Part shown: piece after piece, positions 50,101-60,700 of the stretch
Layout of the letters: each line of letters opens with the position of its first letter
How positions within the stretch are numbered: position 1 is the stretch's first letter
From: Haplodiscus bocki
Taxonomy: Eukaryota
Length of the DNA stretch: 64,000 bases
Direction: 5' to 3'
NCBI GenBank assembly: GCA_965655095.1
Contig: OZ296648.1
Location: 102,238,001 to 102,302,000 of the forward strand
Program-made: the position numbers and the translations under genes
The notes under the pieces: model-generated
What the model was told of the DNA's origin: nothing
Seen by the model: only the letters and a program-made list of their open reading frames with translations
The model's database searches: none

Positions 50101-53100
50101 GAATGGCGCAACCTGAAAAGATATGATTGACATACCAAATTTTCGAGTATGAGATGCTGTAACAGGTATTTAGCTCAATTTGACTTTTTCGAACAAACTT
50201 TTGATTGACGGTTGTTGTAGTATTTCTAAATGAGTCAGTCGCATCTCCCATCATGGTTTCTAATGTCTTTTGATATCCGTGATATCAACTGACAAGTTAG
50301 AATGTGTTGTGATATTCCGCGTTGCCTATGTGTAATGATTATCATATTTCTATCCAAAGCTGCAATCGGGAACTTCAATTTTTGGTACCGATTTCGTCTG
50401 TTTCTAGATTTATTGTCGATTGAAAACGATTAGTGCTAGAAAAGGCTATTAAAAAGGCCTGTTCTCGGCTTAATTGATAACAAATTCGAGAAATACAAAA
50501 TTAGACTTGCTTGAGTTCCACATATTTCAGACAATCTCTTCACAGCACTGCCAATGAAAGTTTTATATTTGTTCGCTCGTTTCATTTTTTTTTGTTCGAG
50601 TGAATTAGCTTCATGAAAAACCTTAGAATATTTACAGGTGGAAAGACTTTGCCTCAAATTATTGGAAATGATCGGGTCATAATGAAAATGATCTTTTTGG
50701 GGAAGTTTAAGGCTATTTTCTTGGTTAATCTCCATTTTTTTCGATTCAGACTGGGCGTACGCCGGAAGTGGTCTGTCTCCCATCCTCATTCGGCAGTCAA
50801 GCGCTGATTCAACGAACAAGAATATCATCGTGTCAAGGTCCCACAAAGGCACTGTTGAAGAAACAGTGAAAGACAGAATTGCAAACAGCCGAGTCATTCC
50901 TTCTGGTGGAGCTGGCTACAAAGTTCTCTCTCTGTTCGAAGGAAAGGCAGAAGCCTATGTGCACACTACACTTATCAAAAAGTGGGACATCTGTGCTGGC
51001 AATGCTCTCCTCTCTGCCGTTGGTGGCAAAATGACCACCATAGGGGGTTAGTGTCCGAGGGGTGATGAGCTGGTTTTTGACGAGAAATGGAAATGAAATA
51101 TTTGGGAAAACAAAATACTTGGGTAAGGTGACGACTGGCATTGGATTTTTCAAGTTTCTAGGGAGTAGCCTTCATTAGAATGCGAATTAAATGTTGGTAG
51201 GTGTGAAGTTTTGATGAGAAATTTTGCCAATTGCAATAAAATACCGAAATGTGTCCGATATTATCATTTTCCGCCGCCATATTTTATATCGATTGGAAAA
51301 CTTTTCAATAGTGTCGTTTTTCTTTTTCGAGACAAGTTTTGCCAATTTAGATTTTACTCTCACTTATGATGAGGAATTGTTCACTTCTGAAAAGACTTTG
51401 TTCATTTCTTGTTTGGACAATCGCGATGGTCACTTATTATTTGAAAAATTTGATAACGAACTTATTATTAGGGCTTCGCGTGAACGGAGAACAACGTTGT
51501 GTCGGCGTTTTGTATTTTCATTTTTTGCAGAGTTTGTGACATCGACAGAAAACTTTTGAAACTCCTCAATGATTGAACTCGAGAAGACTCTGAGCTTTAT
51601 TTTCCTCAAAGTAAGCACCTCCGACCACTGCTTCACAGCCCTGTGAAATGCATGAATGATGTCTATTGATCTCCTACTGCTTCCGAGAGTTAATCAGAAG
51701 CTGTGAAAAATTTCTCGGCAGCTAAAATTTTTCCACAAACTTGAGTTTGTCAGAAAATCGAGTTTTCTCACAAAACATGACTCATAGCCCGTGTAGCTCC
51801 AAGCGAAGGGTGATTTAACGCATATCGATCAGCAAGTGTTGATTTCAGAGTCGATGTTGATTACTTGGAGAACTTTCCTAGAAACAGTAGGTTCTGTTAA
51901 AATTTGTCGATTTTTCTGATTTTCACTTTTTCTTGCCAGCAGTACTCATCTGCGTGACCGTATAAGTAGAGTGCCAGAAAGTTTGAAGAAGCATGGTTGT
52001 AAAAAGATGCTCATTTACACAGGGCAAAAACTCTCCAGACAACCGAAATTGACGAAAACTGTATCTTTTTCTTTGAATAAATCCCGTTTTCATCGAGCGG
52101 ATGTTTTTCAAGAACAACAATCTCGTTAGGAATCGCTTCCCGTCTTTCTCTGGGACTGATTCAAATCGTATCAAATTGCATTTTGCCTTCATCAGTGAAT
52201 CCGTTCATTGGGTTTGCTTTTCGGGAAAAAGTGGCTATCATAGATTGTTCCTAAGTGGCAACTTTCCATGCATAACTTTCAGCTACAATTTGACTGATTT
52301 GGGAGGGAGCTTTTCTTGAGGAACTTTCCATATCATCTTGACTTACTGGGCACACACGTTTCTCTCGTATACATGGTTTTTAACTATTTCAGCAGACTTG
52401 CCGTAGAATGCGACTGAAATTTTAACGTTTCGAAACGTTCAAAATGTAGGTTTTTCTGAAAAAATAAATGAGTCTTCTTGGAAAAATTGGGATTTTTGTC
52501 CAAATCGCTAAAGGGGTCAAGTTTGCTGTAGAAATGTATGAGATGGTGTGATTTCCTTAAAATGTCTTTTACGCCCTAAATATTCTTTTCTTGCAAAAAA
52601 TCACAAGTTTTTTAAAGTCGGAAAGTTTGAAATACGATGAAGGAATGTTTTTTTTTGAAAGAAATTTTTCATTTTTGAAGAGCCTTCCTCCGCAAAATTG
52701 GGAAGGTCGGGATTGTGCCGGTCGTCTTGTTAATCGCTTTCCTCTCATTTTTGTATAGGGAACGAAAATCAATAGCTCAAATTTCAAGTTTCTTAACCTG
52801 AAAATTAGCAATTATACCCTAACGCAACAATCCTCGCTGAAAATGTTTTTTTTTCGCCGTTTTTTTCTCAACAATCCCGTAGAATGGCTCTAGTATGGTG
52901 GTATTTCTTGAGAAATAGCTTTTTGCCAAAACTAGGGTTTTTGAGGAAATAAACTTGGAATCAAAATACAATTGTACTTGTTTTTGAGACCTTTTCTTTC
53001 GAATTACAGCAAGTTTCGTAGGTGTAGCGTTTATTAGACTTCGAATTGTATATCGGTAGGTGTGAAATTTTGAGGAATTTTGGCACGTGCAATAAAATAC

Positions 53101-54779
53101 CGCAATTTATCCCTATTATAGTTTTCCGCCTCCATAATTTTTGTGGATAGGAAAAGTTCTCAATAGTGTCGTTTTTCGTTTTCCAGACACAAGTTTTGCC
53201 AATTAAGAATTTATTCTCTTTTATGATAAGAAATTGTTCACTTCTGAAAAGAATTTGTTTATTTCCAGTTTGGACAGTGGCGATGGTCGCTTATTATATA
53301 AAAAGTTTGATAACGAACTTGTTAATTAGGGCTTCGCGTGAACGGAGAATACCATTTTGTCGGCGTTCTGCTTTTTTCCCCTTTTTTTGCAGAGTTTGTG
53401 ACATCGACAAAAATTTTGAAAAGTGCCAATGATTGAGCTCGAGAAAACTCTGAGCGTTATTTTCCCCGGCGGTAGCCTTCATTTTTTCCGTCGAAACAAC
53501 ATGAGAAGTTGCAAATTAATTAATTTGCTACTAATTTTATGGTAATTTTGCAATTCCAGTAACTCCGAGCACTACCTCTCAGCCTTGCATAATCCATGAA
53601 TGGTGTCTATTGATTTCCTACTTCTGCCGAGAGATAATCGGAAGTTATAAAAGAGTTCTTGGCAACCAAAAGTTTTTCCCCAAACTTGACTTCTTAGTCA
53701 GAAAATCGAGTTTCATCACAAAGGATGACTTTTGAGCACGTGTAGCTCCAAGTATTGGGTAGTTTAACGCATATCCATCATTAAGTTATGATTCCAGAGT
53801 CGGAGTTGCTTTGTTGGAGAACTTAACGTTTCCCAGAAGTAATTATTTTTGCATCCTGGTCTCAGTGGACTGTTTTCGCTTTATAGAAAGTTACTCGATG
53901 AACTTATTGCGATATACATTACCTGGATGGGTACCTTTGCAGGCCGAAAGTGACAAAAGGTGCATTTTATAGCGGTTGTTCTTCATAGTCAAACTCATTT
54001 TTTCCTGAAACTACCGGCTGTATTTCCCTCATTACAGTCTCACTAAACAGTTTGATATTTTCTGAGGTGATTTAGAAAATATCTAGGGTTTAGTTGTTTG
54101 CTTCGGAGCCGTAATAAATGCCAAAAAATGAGGAAAGCAATGATGGAGACATGATATTTGTTTGAAAATTAACTTCAAGATACTTCTCGTTTTTTCAACA
54201 TTTGAAGAATTTGTTCATGTGACATTGCAATAGGGCAAAAAATATGCCGACGCCAGCTGGCTGTCTTGCTCCCAATTTGCCATAGAAAGGCATTTTTATA
54301 CCAGTCTCTCCCAAAAAGTTGTTTTTCTCGCAAAACTTTAAGGTTTTTGTTTACAAAAATCGAGGATTGAGTATAGTTTTTCCATTTTTAAGGTAGACTT
54401 TGAATAATTCTTTGACAGTTTTTGGTTTGAGTTATATTTGTTTAACCCTTGTTCTGTAATTTGTGTGATTGAAGTTATCCCGGAGTGCCTCGTATCTTGT
54501 TAGTTAGTTCATGTCCGACAGATATGTTTACATATAATGCTCCTCAATGAATGAATATATGAGACAAATCAAAATTCAAAAACAGAATCGAGAAAAAAAC
54601 CGAATGAAAAACTACCACAATTTATGAATTGTGATTCAATCAGTATTTTTGTTCTTTTAGGTGAAACTATTTCCTACCATTACACTGACAACGCCAAAAA
54701 CGAAGGAGGTCTTCTAGCCACTTTGACAAATCACGACCAGTATCTCAAAGCATTGGAAGGAGTAATGCATAAAACATAA
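29157..54779 (+). CDS. BPNT2: Golgi-resident PAP phosphatase (BPNT2/IMPAD1/gPAPP), 331 aa; join(29157..29239,29528..29762,49415..49580,49774..49869,50750..51046,54661..54779)
   Basis: N-terminal signal anchor 'GLCIICISMVIVFYYMF'. Family motifs 'SKGETKEGANDPVTDGDYRSH', 'VSEE', 'VWVDPLDATQEYTE', 'YVTVMVCIA..G.PIAGVVHKPF', 'VSRSH', 'GGAGYKVL' and 'IKKWDICAGNALL'. All five introns are GT-AG with matching phases; the exons total 996 nt with no internal stop. Confidence 0.95.
30407..32373 (+). mobile_element. hAT DNA transposon with degenerate transposase (~30731-32245), in BPNT2 intron 2
   Basis: Termini CAGGGCTATG... / ...CAGAGCCCTG, with subterminal CCATTAA(T/C)GG repeats at both ends. Degenerate 8-bp TSD (TTTATAAT / CTTGCAAT). 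Transposase motifs: BED-like 'YSNLMAHIKVFH', 'ALDGW', 'IGDN', 'GCASHKFAL', 'TRWSST' and 'LERFFS...LEDLLFLKVN'. Stops and frameshifts are present. Confidence 0.9.
32700..33850. repeat. Degenerate tandem repeat, period ~150-180 bp, about 6-7 units
   Basis: (G/A)ATTGG(G/T)(T)CC(G/A)TC-like motif recurs at ~32828, 32977, 33151, 33331, 33500 and 33671. TTGTATTCGAAAAATC-like motif recurs at ~32750, 33265 and 33433. Confidence 0.65.
34861..34976 (+). repeat. Polinton left TIR
   Basis: Inverted match to ~49072-49197, with an (AGT)2 terminus and a G-tract. Weaker similarity extends slightly further inward. Confidence 0.92.
35652..36503 (+). CDS. Polinton accessory ORF of unknown function (283 aa)
   Basis: Uninterrupted ATG-initiated ORF inside the element with CxCxxC near the C-terminus. 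No family recognised. Confidence 0.6.
   Translation: MTTVFTEVPLNFWLLLFYTDEKTAAQNLFETTGKTFPDSMPPSLCNALEILMCSKNAQYVSRQHQENEVNFGHLDGICETLPLNHHHTLLFIPDYSNAENLLKQTIIQVLSTAQKAHVKLMTVSYPENFLRAETNKSTTSTISVRGEKMQSLMNKKTTEGVGCNFTCAWEYGKHNQLGTSFDTEKALFLFQSLVELEKSDAPFKDSVLSYIDILQKGIGRVYLSEHSRTLDMDLGVTNAQCTCFECLNQPLHLIGSTLQGANDYTPHLFSVYDEDTNIDTPFQ
36556..36930 (+). CDS. Polinton accessory ORF, putative divergent phospholipase A2-like protein (within ORF 36466-37098)
   Basis: 'GGKIGTGDSLL...LRMHAISHDAHGFM...GPGYVY': a Gly-rich loop followed by a helix with an HD dyad, as in PLA2 folds. True start and stop are uncertain. Confidence 0.45.
37390..38075 (+). pseudogene. Polinton packaging ATPase (A32/FtsK-like), frameshifted
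   Basis: Mutated Walker A 'VVGPAGSRKT', Walker B 'LLVLDDFF', 'GRHRNVHLMVLRHNLFQQ', 'LFNSPRDSEQI' and 'YGHLMIDL'. Confidence 0.92.
38047..38373 (+). CDS. Conserved small basic Polinton/adintovirus protein (resembles ORFs labelled GasderminX-like)
   Basis: 'IKFLCDCIFNVVRGNVKL...KTSLRRKRHLL' matches the C-E-C-x2-N-x3-GNV / basic pattern of the ORF that typically follows the ATPase. The family label is recalled, not verified. Confidence 0.6.
   Translation: MSLQKFYTVDLYINFPVVLKRGFILNCSDGIIKFLCDCIFNVVRGNVKLEKNLQSKLSTISREKNHHRLCSNRKTSLRRKRHLLASTRGLRLPKNHSDFSIESFEVLP
38370..39051 (+). pseudogene. Polinton hypothetical protein, broken into 38370-38591 and 38686-39051
   Basis: Tightly packed between conserved genes (ATGA overlap with the upstream ORF); ends in 'SWLTI*'. 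Confidence 0.5.
39068..40238 (+). pseudogene. Retroviral-like DDE integrase with an N-terminal PHD finger (one frameshift at ~39215)
   Basis: Integrase motifs 'WSIDLADM', 'VAVDTLSRF', 'IWADQGREF', 'SALAERYIRTLK' and 'FKVGDRVRI...PPTYVVKD...EGKFFEPEL'. Upstream 'WF(Y)GSC...CHVCGWVHFICSGL...F/CANC' forms a C4HC3 pattern once one base is restored in the T-run. Confidence 0.9.
40295..41346 (+). pseudogene. Polinton minor capsid protein (penton, PZ), disrupted
   Basis: N-terminal 'LNLISNASMETFPGNKLSNFTTLLP.PMTLVGDWQVALLEISWP'. C-terminal 'MFLYCDLVQNETLGDTQTALLRSIP...FQSITLTLANEMGQQMPF...ITLALRP'. Confidence 0.88.
41558..42112 (+). CDS. Basic core / pVII-like Polinton protein (probably carries internal frameshifts)
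   Basis: 'QMGAGAGGLGAFAMRMGRVDIPIVRKYILPVAKQVGK' (Gly-rich, adenain-site-like, amphipathic), an Arg/Ala-rich GC-rich tail and a C-terminal 'RSRSDIL'. Lies between penton and hexon. Confidence 0.65.
   Translation: MDAHYDSQFRTNNLRTTQQNAAFCGPARQMGAGAGGLGAFAMRMGRVDIPIVRKYILPVAKQVGKILLEAAIPEGGFFGWQEETKQKSAETCCRDRSGKKVRTSGTRLTARRAATPGARAARARAGVAEPRLTGTTMRKGPKLVPPAALSSSSPSLLPKTPKTLCKRNPAKRSRSDILSEIHFS
42120..43460 (+). pseudogene. Polinton major capsid protein (hexon, PY; double jelly-roll), disrupted
   Basis: Motifs 'SALDFF', 'NLIDLN.ILL.VK', 'NNTLHTLFS', 'LHVDFFDCEKLLVPG', 'ASLFVRKV', 'AIYPY', 'ENLFG..P.RI', 'SPFSYQKF', 'FDLT' and 'LKLYFSKAL'. Stop at 42493 plus frameshifts. Confidence 0.92.
43459..43920 (+). 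CDS. Adenain-like cysteine protease (Polinton PRO), probably degraded
   Basis: Catalytic His in 'INSSPSNKIGEHWL', Asp in 'WDRLG', and Gln/Cys in 'LQKLHSNLCGLYCLY'. Confidence 0.9.
   Translation: MDNVSLAKLVTKCATTSQSPLLMFQNARCPRKENQLVKKRTTVSVDIWKILKFQNINSSPSNKIGEHWLLLCVIDNGNGVGIFVWDRLGRALSYYDRFPSRLWMLYGKSGGFKTINLPLQKLHSNLCGLYCLYLVHYLVKKPFDVSKLQKIIC
44711..48627 (-). pseudogene. Protein-primed family B DNA polymerase (pPolB) with N-terminal C2H2 zinc fingers, multiply frameshifted
   Basis: C2H2 fingers at 48319-48627, then 'GSGW', 'CFLYCI' and 'HYCLIKNFS'. Exo I 'VYADLEA', Endo VII-like 'CCIC...HCHLSG...AHSHCNL', Exo II 'FHNLSRYDAH', 'RFLDSYQF', 'KGFFPYSY', Exo III 'YLKTDVLLLADIFE'. Polymerase motifs 'DVTSLY', 'KLMSKACFGK', 'YKDTGS' and 'LRSKLYS'. 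Confidence 0.95.
49072..49197 (-). repeat. Polinton right TIR
   Basis: Reverse complement of the left TIR, ending ...TTCCTTACTACT. Confidence 0.92.
49198..49315 (+). repeat. 92-bp host tandem duplication whose first unit (34788-34860 + 49204-49222) is split by the Polinton
   Basis: TTCGTTTTACTACTTTATT.TTGACCATTGA.AAGATCTAAC...AGAATGATTGCTAAC occurs at 34788 and 49223. GAATAATGTATTG.ATAGAT occurs at 49204 and 49296. Confidence 0.9.
51150..51890 (+). repeat. ~750-bp direct repeat, copy 1 (BPNT2 intron 5)
   Basis: Collinear with 53010-53840, sharing for example ATTAGGGCTTCGCGTGAACGGAGAA and TTTTTTGCAGAGTTTGTGACATCGACA. Confidence 0.9.
52400..52731. repeat. Dispersed repeat related to 26016-26405
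   Basis: Shared internal motifs and terminal GCCGGTCGTCTTGTT. Confidence 0.55.
53010..53840 (+). repeat. ~830-bp direct repeat, copy 2 (extra segment at ~53480-53565)
   Basis: Homologous to 51150-51890. Confidence 0.9.
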
Positions 54780-57700
54780 CGCTGAACAGGAACAGATGAA
54801 AAGTATCATTTTTTTCTTCCTTATTCCTGAGTCCTGTTCTATTTCTGAACTGCTGCAAGAGGAGAGGTGAACTATATGACTTGCTTCTTTCCTGAGGTTC
54901 TTATTTGACGAGAACCCGTTTTCCTTCCTTTTTTGGTTCAATAATATACAGATTATCTGAAGGGTGGCTGGTCTGGTTATAAGGAAAATTATCTGAAGCC
55001 CCTTTTTGCAGTGCTATAGAAATGAAATGGCACCTTTGATGACATTGTATTTTGAATTTGTACTCGCGTTCGTTATCTTTAGCTAACCCTGCAGAAGGAT
55101 ATAATTGTTATGTGGTAAAGTGTACCCGCATTATATAAATAGTTTGAGATTTGCTCACTGTTGAAAAGGGTTTTGGTCACAACTCTTCAATGTGCTAAAA
55201 TCTCCATGAAATTATTTTAGCTCAAAACAAACGCTGGAGGAGTCTATCTATATTATGAGAATCTTTACCCTTGTATTTTGTATTATATTGTTTCCTGTTT
55301 TAACTCATAAATTTTTGGAAATTGAAATTGAGGTCTAATGTCTCTCAATCTTACTTGAATTTTACAGTGTGCTGATGAGTTTTCACCAAACTTAGTTTGA
55401 GTCATATCTTGCGGAAGCAGGATGAGAAATATACGGAAGAGTGATGATGCTACTCCTTTTTCCACATTTACTTGTTACCAATTTTTCGAATCTGCTCTTC
55501 TCCAGATCCTTCTGCAGTCATAAAATAAATCAGGTGATAGCCAGTGATTGAAGGGTCACAAAGCCGAGCACAGGACCAAGTAAAATCCCCTTTGTCCTTA
55601 GAAGCTAGATATCTTATCTCCCCATATTTCCATGTGGGATACAGGGGAGCTGCCAAGTCGATTAGGAAAAACGTGCTGACGGAGTGAACAAATAAGGCAC
55701 TGCCGGTTGAGCTACAGAAGACGGGTTGGAATAGCATCCGATAAAATAAAAGTATTATATATTCCGTCGAAATTGTGAATTCAATGGAAAATAATCCATT
55801 TAGTGATTTTTTACTAGTGGTATTTAATTTTTACCACACTACTTGACAGCCAGTTTGTTTTACTAAAATTCTGCCTTCTAAGTAACAGAATCGAATCTTG
55901 GTTTTTCATACTTGAGAGGGAGAATTTTGACTCCGCTTTTAAATTTTGATTTCTGAAAAACGTCTAGGATCTGTAAATTGAACTTGCCCTCAAATATCCC
56001 AAATATTTTGCCTAGAAATTCCAATTGTGTTATGTGGGAACCGAGAAAGCCAAACAAAGCATCTGATATATGTTCTCGATACTAAAATTCATTTTTCTAA
56101 ACTAACGGCTTGATTTTTTTTTCTGTTAAATATCTATCGACAGTTTCGTTCCTGCTAAAACTTACTCATCAACAGGAGTAGTGGCAAGGCAAAATTTTTT
56201 GTCGACAAGGGCACAGGTTCACTGAACCAAAATACACGTTATGGGTCCAACATGAGGAAACAAAACCTGAAAGGATTTTGCGCAAAGCTCAGTGCTCAAA
56301 GATCACGGACTGGACCCCGAGCACCCTCTTCTTGCTGTTCTGTAAATTGAAAAATCCGGAAGCTCTTCCGCAGAAACCATTACCTGATTCATTTCACAAA
56401 ACTAATGTTGCCTTCAAACGAGCAGAACTGCATAGTTGGTTGAAAATTTCGCAAGATGAGATTCCGAAGATAAAAATGTCAGCCATGCCGAAGAGTGGTG
56501 ACAGGAAACCATATAAACCAAAGAATTGACGATTTTGCAATTTTTCGAGTTTTTTGAAAACCTTTCCAACAACGCAAATTTCCCTGTACTTTTAGCATTA
56601 TCAATTGGATGGATTGCAGCCGCTGAGTCCTATTACCAGGCTATGTATAACCTGAAAATATCTAACTAATGAAAAAAATGAAGCTTTTTCTGGTTTTTTT
56701 CGCTATTTTATTGGCGTCGAAAAATTCGGAAAACTTACAAGACGGCAAAACTGGGGATATTGCCTTATATAATCCTCCGCAAAAATGCAAAGCAAGCCCT
56801 AATTATCAGGTTCCAAGTTACCTAAAGTCATCTGACATCATGAAAACGCACCACTTGGAAATCTTCGATAATATCTGGATGTCAAGAAAATCTTGGACGA
56901 AAAAAATTGTGCGATGGAGCCGTAGAGTCCTGAAGATCAAAAGTCTGCTTTGAATACGTTCAAAATTAGAAGCAAATGAAGAAATTGTTGCAATATATGT
57001 CAGGAAAGCAGCTGAATTTCAAAACAAACCTAGTGGGTTTTGGGCAAATGCACTCAGCAATTCCAGTCAACACCAAACTATTCTCCGAAAAGACTGGCTC
57101 AATCTTCCAGTTGTTGAAACTTAGCTGAAGGACGTTTAAAACTTCTAGCTGAAAGAAAAGTTTCCATCTGAGAAAAAATTTCTTGAGCTATTTTCCCTAA
57201 AGCCTCCTTATGGATAGATAGAAAGCAAAATTAAATTTGACACGGTTTGAATGAGGACGCCAACAGGACAAGACAGCAATTACGTGAGATGATAATTGAA
57301 AAAAAAATCGGCTGCACGTAACTGGTAATGTCTAGGCAGAACCTATTTTTTGTCAATATTTCTGCTCTGCAATTTTTTTTGCCCTACGTATTTGAGATAT
57401 GAGCAGTTCGTTCCTCTACTTACTCCGCTCCTCTAACTTTGCTGGGACCCAATGGTTATGCCGCTCCTTTTTTGACAGAAATGTGTATTATGACGTTTGT
57501 TATTTTCGGCGTAAATGAATGTTTTTCGAAAACTTTAAGACGGACAAATATTCCGAATTTTTTTTCTTATAACTGCGCACTAAATGGACATGATGCTGAA
57601 AGTATGAGCACTCTGAAGACAGGTATCTTCGAGGCTCAATTTTCCGAAAATTTACAAGCTTGTTAGTGTTTCAGCTGGCGGAGTAACTTTTCCACTTGCT

Positions 57701-60700
57701 GCTAGTCTCTAGCAGTCAGTAAGTACACAACCATTAGATCTCTTTCCTGTTTTTTTTTTACATGGATGTGTAGTACTGCTTAACGCTGCTACAATTGAAG
57801 AGTACCGTTTTAAGGGGAAGAAATTTCCGAGTTTTAGGTTGTTTTGGAAAAGCAAGAAAAACAAAGAAGACGAACAAACGAATTATTTCTGGAATTTTAT
57901 CTCGGAAAAAAAACTGCCCAGAGTCATCAAAGGTTCAGTTAGAAAAAAATAATCTTAGTAGGTGAGATAGGCGCACAGAACTAAACTTTTTTAAATAGAT
58001 TTTTCGTGGTCGATGTGTCGAATGTTGCAAGAAAATTGAAAATTGAAAAATTATCAGCGCCACATAGCTTAGCGCAAGGCTCATAGAGAGGAGCATCCTA
58101 TAGAATTTTTGTCAGATCTCTCAAAAACAAAATTGCGGCAAACAAATGAAAGAATATATTGCGATCGGAGCCGGAAGTATAAGGTGGGCGCTTTATAAAA
58201 AACTATTGAAGCTCTTAATATTAGACGCTAATCGTCCAACTCGAGCTCGAGGACAAGGTTTAGGATGCTAGTAATCAAAGCTTTGTTCAGCGTTTGCTTG
58301 ACAGCAGGAATAAAGAGCGCAGATTTCACTACTCAAAAGTCTATCAATTTCGAAGAGTTGAAAAATTGAGAAAAATCATTCCTAGATTTTCAAACAAAAG
58401 TTGATGCTGATTTACTCAAAATTTTTACTGACAAAAAAGTCTATGTCTAAGTCAACAATGCTGCATTCATCTAGTCGCAGACACGCGTCAATCCAGTTTG
58501 GTCATTTCACTAAAAAATTTGCCACATGTTTTTCTAATATCGGGAGGAATGTTGTCTTGATAATTCCCCCAAAACTTTCGAGAAACCAAAATTTCATTAA
58601 TAGATGGCATCTATTGAATATTTTGGTTCATCAGCATGTGAGTTGATGGTTATTTGCCCTTTTTGCACCGCCTAATGTGCATTTTTTATCTGATTCCATT
58701 TTTCGACGAGATATTTTTTTTGGTAAAAGTGACATAGATAATTCAGAGACCCATAAGTCTTCTGAAAAGCACTACAAAGATCAGACTTCGCCAACATCAG
58801 GTGAACTAACGCCTGTTGGGAGGCCAAAATACCAGAAAATAGGCAAAAAGATCAACACACAAAAGCAAAAATAGGTCGTCAATTTTTTCAAGAACAACAT
58901 ACCATCTTTCGCCAAATCTTTGAATTGAAAAACTCAGTACAAACTGGTGCGAGGGAAACATCACAGACAACAAATGATGGCATGAATGACAGTTCCACCA
59001 GGCGTTGTTAGTAAAAAAAGGATTCTAATTATTCGCATGAGACCGAAGACTGCGAATTTTTTCGAAAATATCAGAAAAATTTCGACATTTCTGCGAGAAA
59101 GTTATCGCTAAAAAATTGAGACTTTGCTCAATTGAATGGTCTGTGAAAGATTGGTGCGAAAACAGTTGACATTTGAAAGCTTTCTAAAAACGAGACAAAT
59201 AGAACCTTTGCACTCAACAAATTCCGAAATTCGATTTTTTTTGCTAAGAACTCGCCGAAAGAGAAATGAGCATCCAGAAACTGAACTCACAACACATCGT
59301 TAACACGTCGCAGTGTTTACCAAAAAATCAGCAAAAATAAAACACATTGCGCCTTTTTTTTCAGTGGTGAAAGAGGCAGGTAGTTGTCACGGACGGGAGA
59401 AAAAGAAATCAAGTATACGTGTCTTTGAGCAGAAAAACTTGGTTCCGCTTTCGACAAGCGAAAAACAAGCCACGCCTTCCATAAACACTGACTAGAATCT
59501 GGAAACGAATTTCAGCAACTCTTCCACTTTGAGTTGCGTATCCAAAAATTCGGGTAAGCAAGAAAACAACATTCGCTCGAGGACTTGGAAAAATTGGTTT
59601 TTAAACATCTTCAGACGTTTGAAAGGCAAACAGCACTCTATTATCATCTTTTGATTGCTTTTCTTTGGAAGAATGCGGTCCATGAAAGGACAGAGCGGCA
59701 GTAAAAAACTGTTGGAACATATAATTTTTAAACATTTGTCTCGGTGTTTTGATTTTTCTGAGAATGCATTGGTAGTGTGAAATGCTAAAAAGTGACCCAA
59801 AATTAACGAGGAAAAACGACTTGAAAAACTGTATTTTATGATTTTCCATTTTTTCCGGCAAAACGAACTCCAGTGTAGCTAAGATTTGATCTTGCAATGT
59901 CAATTTGGTCCTCACGACGTCAGTTGAAACTAATCAAGTCATTCCGTATCGACAACGCTTCATTTTATAGTAAAAAGTCCCAAAATTTCCACGAATTGTC
60001 ATTTTTCAAGTTTTTGGCCAAAATTTTGGAAGGAAAACTCACAAACTGCTTTTCGCACTCGACTTCTTAAATTGATTATTCTGTGCTATAAATGGCTGGG
60101 CCCAAATTAAAACAACCCTTAGGTGGCATCAACAGTCATGAAACATTCGAATCTTGTTGCATTGTTTGTATGGTTTTTTGACCCACAACCTAATTTAAAA
60201 TATAAAACTTTCAAGGACGTGTGATATTTAGCACAAGTTTTTTGGCTAGCGACATCCTTCAGCTCTGCAAATAATATCGAGCGACTTATTGTACTTGACC
60301 ATCGAAACAATAGGTCAGAAGGGTTTGGGTTCTGACTCTCCCAAGTGATCACTTGGGTAAATCGCTTCCACACGGATCGCAAGTGAATGTTAGCAAAAAA
60401 TTTTGTCCAAACACTTAACTGACAATACTTGTAGTTTTCGGAGTCGAAATCACCTGGGTTTGTCTTTTGCCCACAGCTTTTTTTAAAAAATGGCGCTTCA
60501 GACTTTTGAATAGGTCTTTATCGGTGTGGGATCACCGGTGTTAAAACCTAAACTGACCTGAAAAAGTCTTTCTTGCCCCAAAATATTTCAGGGAATTAGA
60601 GTAAGATTTCGTGTAAATTTTATTGAAAAATCAGATACATTTATTGGTATTATTGGTATTTATTCTCTCTCTCTAAAAATTTGAGTGTTACTTCGAAGCC

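Noticed and set aside
55468-55737. Minus-strand 89-aa ORF with an exon-like end
   Set aside because: No family motif and no partner exons identified.
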